Of a stretch of 64,000 nt of DNA, positions 58,107 through 64,000 are shown one piece after another. Positions within the stretch are counted from its first letter, which is position 1. Each line of letters opens with the position of its first letter. The translations under genes and the position numbers were made by a program. The notes beneath the pieces were generated by a model that saw only the letters and a program-made list of their open reading frames with translations, was not told where the DNA came from and did no database searches. Source of the DNA: Candidatus Eiseniibacteriota bacterium (GTDB lineage Bacteria; Eisenbacteria; RBG-16-71-46); assembly GCA_963717505.1 (NCBI GenBank), contig OY970342.1, forward strand, positions 1,824,001-1,888,000, in the 5' to 3' direction.

Positions 58107-59415
58107 GGCTCATTTCCGGCGATGGCGTCCGGGCTCCCGGGAACGTGCAGCGTCCGGCCCGAACATGCTCTTCGAGAACGTGGCGGAAGTGCGCGTACAG
58201 ACCCTTCACCGGCTCGGCGGCGCCGCGCGGCGTGCGCGCAGAACGAATTGGGTCCGATGTGGCGATAGAGTTGGTCGAGCCAGTCGAGATCGGCCATGGT
58301 GCCGCGGCCGTTCTCGATGCGGCTCGAGGATCGCGACGCCGAACGGCAGTCCGTCGCGGCACGGCGTGCAGAACCCGCACGATTCGCGCGCGAAGAACTG
58401 CTGCAGATTCAGCACGCCCGCGCACCGGGCAATCGTCCTCGGAGAACACGATGAAGGTGCCGGTGCCGAGTCGGCTGCCGACCTTGGCCGACCGGCTCGA
58501 AGTCGAGCGGGACGTCGAGATGGTCCGGTGTCAGGAACGAAGTCGAGGCCCCGCCCGGGATCACACCCAGCAGCTTCTTGCCGCCGCGCACGCCGCCCAT
58601 CTCGCTCATCAGCTCGCGCAGCGTGGTGCCGATCGGCCGCTCGACGCACATCGGGCGCTCGATCGAGCCGCGAGCCGCCGTAGAGCTTGGTGCCCGCGCC
58701 CTCGGGATTCCTGGCCAGACCCTTGAACCACGCGGCACCGTTGCGGACGATTCCGGGAACGCACGCGAGCGTCTCCACGTTGTGCACCGTAGTCGGCCGG
58801 CCCCACAGGCCCTTGGTCGCCGGGAACGGCGGCTTGGCGCGCGGCTGAGCGCCGGCGGCCCTCGAACGCGTTGAGCAGTGCAGTCTCCTCGCCGCAGATG
58901 TAGCGGCCGCCACTCCGGTGGACAGGATGTCGTACGACCACCGTGTGCCGGCGACACCGTCGCCCAGGTATCCGGCACGACGCGCTTCGTCGATCGCGGT
59001 CTCGAGTGCTCTCGCCTGCGGGAAGTACTCGCGGCGAATGAAGATGAACCCGTCGGTCATCTCCATCGCCCAGCCGGCAAGAATCATGCCCTTCGATCAG
59101 GACGTGCGGGTTGTTCTCGGCGATCACCCGGTCCTTGAACGTGCCGGGCTCCATCTCGTCGAAGTTGCATACGAGGTACTTGGGGCCGCCGTCGTGCTTG
59201 TCGCCGCTCGGGACGAACGACCACTTGAGGCCCGAGGGGAACCCCGCGCCACCGCGGCCGCGCAGTCCCGAGTCCTTGATCATCGGGATCAGGTCGGCCG
59301 GCTTCATGTCCTTGAGCGCGCGGTCGACCGCCTGATAGCCGCCGGCCGCCCGATACTCGTCGAGCGAGGCGGCGACCCCGTTCCTGGCTTTGGCGGCGAG
59401 CAGGACGTCGGTCAT
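58099..59415 (-). CDS. nuoF: NADH-quinone oxidoreductase subunit F (multiple frameshifts)
   Basis: GRGGAGF, DEMEPGTFKDR, YICGEETAL, KPPFP, NVETL, ESCGFCTPCR, FCAH in alternating frames. Confidence 0.88.
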
Positions 59416-59422
59416 GGGCTCG

Positions 59423-60094
59423 CTACCAGCGGATGCCGGCCATCACCGGGAGCACCATGGTGTCGACCCCTTCGGTGAATGCGTGGTGGAAACGCACGTC
59501 GATGAACAGCGAGGAACTCTGCTCGATCTCCATGTCGATGCCGAAGCCGACGTTGTAGCCGAACGCGCCGGACTCGCGGCTGCCGGTGATGACCTCGCCC
59601 GGCACCCAGCCGCCTCCGAGCCATCCCCACCACGGGTCCCAGTACGGGGGGATGTAGACCAGCGCGTTCTGGGTGATCTGAACGTTGCGCTTGTAGAAGC
59701 CAACCCCACCCGTTATCCAGGGCACATTGTCCCCCGTGGGATTGAACCGATAGACGCTGTTGAGGGTGATCGACCACAGGCTGGAGTAAGCGTTGTCGAA
59801 AGTGATCGAGTCCGAATTGGCGTGTTCGAGCACCACCGGGTCGACCGACAGCCAGTTGTGGGTCCACTCGACCTGCATCGACATCTTGGGCGACAGGTTC
59901 CGCCCCAGCGCGAACGCCATCACCCCGCTGGAGTTGAGGAACTCGTTGAGGTCCCCGACCGGACTGGTGACGCCGCCGGCCGCGAAGCCGGTGCCGCGGC
60001 GGAAATAGCCGCCGGCCGAAGCGTCGGCGACCATCAGGGTCGCGCTCAACAAGAGTCCGGCCATCATTCCGAATCGAATCGACTGCTTCTTCAC
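59423..60094 (-). CDS. Outer-membrane beta-barrel protein (OmpA/OmpW-like, probably 8-stranded)
   Basis: GTG start after AGGAG; signal peptide ending ADASA; amphipathic strands, PWITGGVG, GYNVGFG, terminal GIRW. Confidence 0.8.
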   Translation of the reverse strand: MKKQSIRFGMMAGLLLSATLMVADASAGGYFRRGTGFAAGGVTSPVGDLNEFLNSSGVMAFALGRNLSPKMSMQVEWTHNWLSVDPVVLEHANSDSITFDNAYSSLWSITLNSVYRFNPTGDNVPWITGGVGFYKRNVQITQNALVYIPPYWDPWWGWLGGGWVPGEVITGSRESGAFGYNVGFGIDMEIEQSSSLFIDVRFHHAFTEGVDTMVLPVMAGIRW

Positions 60095-60137
60095 GCTGCC
60101 CGCTCCTTTGTCCGGTCGTGGTGCTGCGATCAACAGT

Positions 60138-60671
60138 TCATCCCTTGCGAATCTTGCCGACCAGCGCCCGCACCGACGCGGCATCGGTCGTGCAGGGTCC
60201 GTGGATCGTTTCGCCGGCCAGCAGGCACGGGGCTTTTTCGCAGTGGCCGAGGCACACGATCGGCAACAACGTGATCTCGCCGTCGGCGGTGGTCTCGCCC
60301 GGGCGAATGCCCAGCTCGGTGGACACGCGCTCCAGCAGCGTCGCCGCCCCGGTCAGGTGGCACGAGATGCTGTCGCACACGAACACCACCTTCTTGCCCG
60401 CCGGACTCCGGAACAACAGGTTGTAGAACGTCGCGACTTCGTCGACCTCGGCCGGCGTCATCATGCAGCGCGCCGCGACCCGTTGAACCGCGGCATCGTC
60501 GATCCAGCCGTGGCGCTGCTGTTCGTCCCACAGCGCGTCGACCACGTGCTCGCGCGCGACCGCGCGCTCGTCGGGTCCCAGCTCCATCCGCACCGGATTG
60601 CCGCGGACGTCGAGCTTGGGCGCCGTAGCCTGGGCGCCGAGGGAGCGGGGCTCGCGCTTCACGTCGCTCAC
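60138..60671 (-). CDS. nuoE: NADH-quinone oxidoreductase subunit E
   Basis: VATFY, VCDSISC, CLGHC; GTGA overlap with the nuoD stop. Confidence 0.92.
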   Translation of the reverse strand: MSDVKREPRSLGAQATAPKLDVRGNPVRMELGPDERAVAREHVVDALWDEQQRHGWIDDAAVQRVAARCMMTPAEVDEVATFYNLLFRSPAGKKVVFVCDSISCHLTGAATLLERVSTELGIRPGETTADGEITLLPIVCLGHCEKAPCLLAGETIHGPCTTDAASVRALVGKIRKG

Positions 60672-63122
60672 TTGTCGATGTCTCCGAGCACGAAGTCGAT
60701 GCCACCCAGCGTGATCACCAGGTCCGAGACCTTCTGGCCGCTGCACCATCATCGGCAACGCCTGGATGGTGCGGGAACGACGGCGTGCGGATGAACACCC
60801 GGTAGGGCAGGTTGCGTGCCGTCGCTGATCACGTGGTATCCGTACTCGCCCTTCGAGCCTTCGGTCGCGACGTAGGCTTCACCGGCCGGCGGCACGAAGC
60901 CACGCGACACGTTCACGAAGTGATGGATCAGGCTCTCGATGTCGTGGAGCATGCGGCCCGGCTCCGGGATCGAGTAGCCGATATTCGGGCGTGATGTAGT
61001 CGCCGTCGGGCATGTGGCGCACGCATTGCTCGATGATCCGGTAGCTCTGCCACATCTCGGCCATGTGGACCAGGTAGCGGTCGTAGTTGTCGCCGGTGGA
61101 CGCGGTCGGGACGTCGAACTCGAACTTGTCGTAGCCGGAGTAGGGCGTGACCTTGCGCAGGTCCCAGCGGAGCCCGCAGGCGCGCAGGTTCGGTCCGGTG
61201 AAGCCCCAGGTCGATCGCGTCGTCGAGCGAGATGCCGCCGGTGTCGCGGCAGCGGGCCACGAAGATCGGGTTGCCGGTCAGCAGTTTCTCGACGTCGCCC
61301 ATCTGCTTCGGGAAGCGCTTGAGCCAGGCTTCCATGTCGTCGCGCCAGCCCTCGGGCAGGTCCTGGGCGACGCCGCCGATGCGGAACCAGCTCGGGTGCA
61401 TGCGCCCGCCGGTGACCTTGGCGACGAAGTCGAGGATCTGCTCGCGGTGCTCGAACGTGAAGAACACCGGGGTCAGGGCACCCGCGTCCTGCGCGAACGT
61501 GCCGATCCACACCTGGTGGCTGATGATCCGGAACAGCTCGGCCATCATCACGCGGATCACCTGGGCGCGCTCGGGCACCGTCGACGCCGAGCAGCGTCTC
61601 GACCGACAGCACGTAGGGCAAGTTGTTCTGGACGCCGCGACAGGTAGTCGATGCGGTCGGTGTAGGGCAGGAAGCGGTGGTAGGTCTGGCGCTCGGCGAT
61701 CTTCTCCGGGCCGCGGTGGTGATAGCCGAAGTCGATGTCGAGGTCCTCGACGTTCTCGCCGTCGAGCTTGAGGATCAGCCGGATCACGCCGTGGGTCGCC
61801 GGATGATTCGGCCCCATGCTCATGATCAACGTGCCTTCCTCCTCCTGCTTGTACTGCGGGTAGTCGTCGATCGCCTGCTCGAAGGCGAGCACGTCTTCCT
61901 GGTTGAACGGCGCCATCTCGGAGCCGCGGTAGGGGTGATCCTTGCGCAGCGGGTGCCCTTCCCAGCACGACGGCATGTACAGGCGGCGCGGGTCGGGATG
62001 GCCGTCGAAGCGGATGCCGAACATGTCCCACATCTCGCGCTCGTACCAGTTGGCGGCGCGGGTAACGCCGAGGTCGCCGTCGGCAGGTGCGGGTTCTCGG
62101 CGCCGAGATCGACCGCCAGGCGCACCTGGGGCTTGCCCGGCTCGAGCGCGGCCAGGTGATAGATCGTGCGGAATCCAGCGCCGCGCGGCCGGTTGTCGAT
62201 GGCGCACGCGTACTCGAGCCGGCGGAAGCGTGGGGTGGCGTCGTGCTTCAGGTACTCGAGCGCGGGCCCCAGCTGCTCGGGCCTCACGCGCCAGGTCAGC
62301 GTGTCGGACGGGCCGAAGTTCTGGTGGTCGCGCTTGAGCTCGCCGAGGCGCTCACGCAGGCCTTCCTCGACGGTTTCGAGTCCGTCGGTCCGCGGCGACA
62401 CAGGCGAAGGCGGCGTCCAGGTCGGCGTGTACGCCGCCGGCAGCCCGCCGTCGGGTCGGACGATGGTGCCGCGCGGCCGCGTGCCTTCGAGCCCCGGGCC
62501 ACGCGGATCGTCGGTGGTGGTGACGCCGACGATGCGTGGCGGCTTGATGGTGCCCGAGGTTGCCGTCCTTCCGGCGCAGCACCTCGCGGAACGGCCGCTC
62601 GGTCTTCTTGATCTTTTCCTGGAGCAACATCAGCGCCTGGATCACCGACTCGGGCCGCGGCGGGCAACCCTGGATGTAGGCGTCGACCGGCAGCAGCGTG
62701 TCGACGCCCTGGACCACGGAGTAGACGTCGTACATGCCGCCCGAGTTGGAGCAAGAGCCCATCGAGATGACCCAGCGCGGCTCCATCATCTGCTCGTAGA
62801 TCCGGACCAGCGCGGGCGCCACCTTCTTGAACACCGTGCCGGCGACGACCATCAGGTCGGCTTGCCGCGGCGATCCGCGCATGACCTCGGCGCCGAAGCG
62901 CGAGATGTCGTGGCGCGAGGTGATCGAGGTCGCCATCTCGACGAAGCAGCACGACAGACCGAAGAACATGGGCCACATCGAGTTCGCCCGACCCCAGTTG
63001 ACTAGGTCGTCGAGTTTGGCGAGGAGCAGCGAGTTCTCGAGCGCCTCGGGGATGGAGGAGGGTGCTTCGAGGGTGTTGGCGATGGTCGGTCGGACGTCCG
63101 TGGTCACTCGCACCTCGGGCAT
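60668..63122 (-). CDS. nuoBCD: Fused NADH-quinone oxidoreductase subunit B/C/D (multiple frameshifts)
   Basis: Nuo[16 protein letters not shown]; Nuo[19 protein letters not shown]; Nuo[29 protein letters not shown]. Confidence 0.85.
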
Positions 63123-63239
63123 GGAGGCTGGCGTGCGATGGCTTGGATTCGATGGGTCAGGCTGTAGATATAGCTGAGGCGCGGGAAGTTAGCACATGCG
63201 GGTGGATGGGGGAGAAGCGGCGTCCGACCGAGATAGTCG

Positions 63240-63268
63240 TTGACCGGATCATGCCCCGGGCCTAGCCT
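63240..63268 (+). promoter_or_regulatory. Putative sigma70 promoter
   Basis: TTGACC-N17-TAGCCT upstream of the 63414 gene. Confidence 0.5.
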
Positions 63269-63413
63269 TTTCTCACCTCCCTCCGCTTCGCGGAACGGAC
63301 GCCCCGCGCCGCGAAGCAGAATTTGGCTGGTCCGGATCCGGGATCGTTCGCCGCCGGTTGCTGCCCGGCTGCGGGACGAGCCGCCGCATGTGCCCCTTGC
63401 GCGGAGGTGATCG

Positions 63414-64000
63414 ATGGCCAAGTCCCTGGCGATGCTCCTGCTCACAGGAGCGTCCACGTTGCTGCCGAGCCTGTTGCTGGCAGCCCCCGATTTCACGGAC
63501 GTCGATGCGCAGCCGGTGTTGATGAACGCCGGCATGGCGCGTGAGCTGCAGTCGCGGAGCACGTCCCTTGCCACCGCGGCGAACGTCATCGACACGGTCT
63601 ACGTCGGCTACACGCCTGGCCACACGAGCCACAACTGGTGGTCCGTTTGGTCCGGGGCCGACAAGTTCCACGACGGTGGCCCTTATCGAAAGCCACCGGC
63701 ACAGGGCGGCATGTGGGACTTCGAGGGACCGTACCCCAACGGCGATTCGCTGCAGGGCTGGACGCCGGTGCGCAATCAGATGAGCGGCACGGGTGGCATC
63801 ACGATCCCCGACTATCAGCGCCCGTGGCGGTGCGTGGACTATGGCAACGAGGCCAGTGCGGTCATCCCCGGAGTTGGGCGAACGGGTGGTGTGGTCGGCG
63901 TGTGGCACGTGGACGCGGGCGACCTCCAAGCGGTGCCCGCATCGGTCGACGACGCGGCCGACGGACTCAACGGCGCCGGCCCGGGGGTCGGTGGCGTCAA
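63414..64000 (+). CDS. Secreted hypothetical protein, N-terminal part (truncated by the window)
   Basis: GGAGGT RBS; MAKSLAMLLLTGASTLLPSLLLAAP...DTVYVGYTPG...GMWDFE...DSLQGW; open to the window end. Confidence 0.75.
   Translation, partial: MAKSLAMLLLTGASTLLPSLLLAAPDFTDVDAQPVLMNAGMARELQSRSTSLATAANVIDTVYVGYTPGHTSHNWWSVWSGADKFHDGGPYRKPPAQGGMWDFEGPYPNGDSLQGWTPVRNQMSGTGGITIPDYQRPWRCVDYGNEASAVIPGVGRTGGVVGVWHVDAGDLQAVPASVDDAADGLNGAGPGVGGV

Noticed and set aside
58099-62600. Programmed ribosomal frameshifting in the nuo genes
   Set aside because: Too many shifts, no slippery-site pattern, and in genes that are normally continuous
63285-63317. Leader hairpin GCTTCGCGG/CCGCGAAGC as a c-di-GMP riboswitch
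   Set aside because: Lacks the conserved GNRA tetraloop/receptor and junction nucleotides; a single GC-rich hairpin is not enough evidence

Overview
High-GC bacterial chromosomal window. Gene content and the many secreted proteins with a C-terminal FlgD-Ig/T9SS-like sorting domain suggest an FCB-related lineage such as Ca. Eisenbacteria (inference only). Housekeeping genes: clpB, hisS, aspS, tRNA-Lys(CUU), a ptsN-like EIIA and a uppS-like gene. Accessory genes: large secreted repeat proteins, a diguanylate cyclase, a TetR/S41 pair, an ECF/anti-sigma/DUF4097 locus, tandem amidohydrolases with a DUF5916 barrel, and a kinase-TPR / small basic protein / Vps10-like propeller operon. No integrase, transposase or CRISPR array was seen. 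Main observations: (1) a three-gene operon after ptsN encoding very divergent complex I membrane-arm homologs (NuoK/HyfE-, NuoL- and NuoN-like) that have lost nearly all proton-translocating charged residues; (2) a complex I operon with only the peripheral arm (nuoBCD-E-F-G-I) and an outer-membrane barrel gene between nuoE and nuoF; (3) a multi-stem candidate ncRNA at about 27.46-27.63 kb. The nuo region has many single-base frameshifts, probably consensus errors. All family calls come from motif recognition by eye; no database searches were run.
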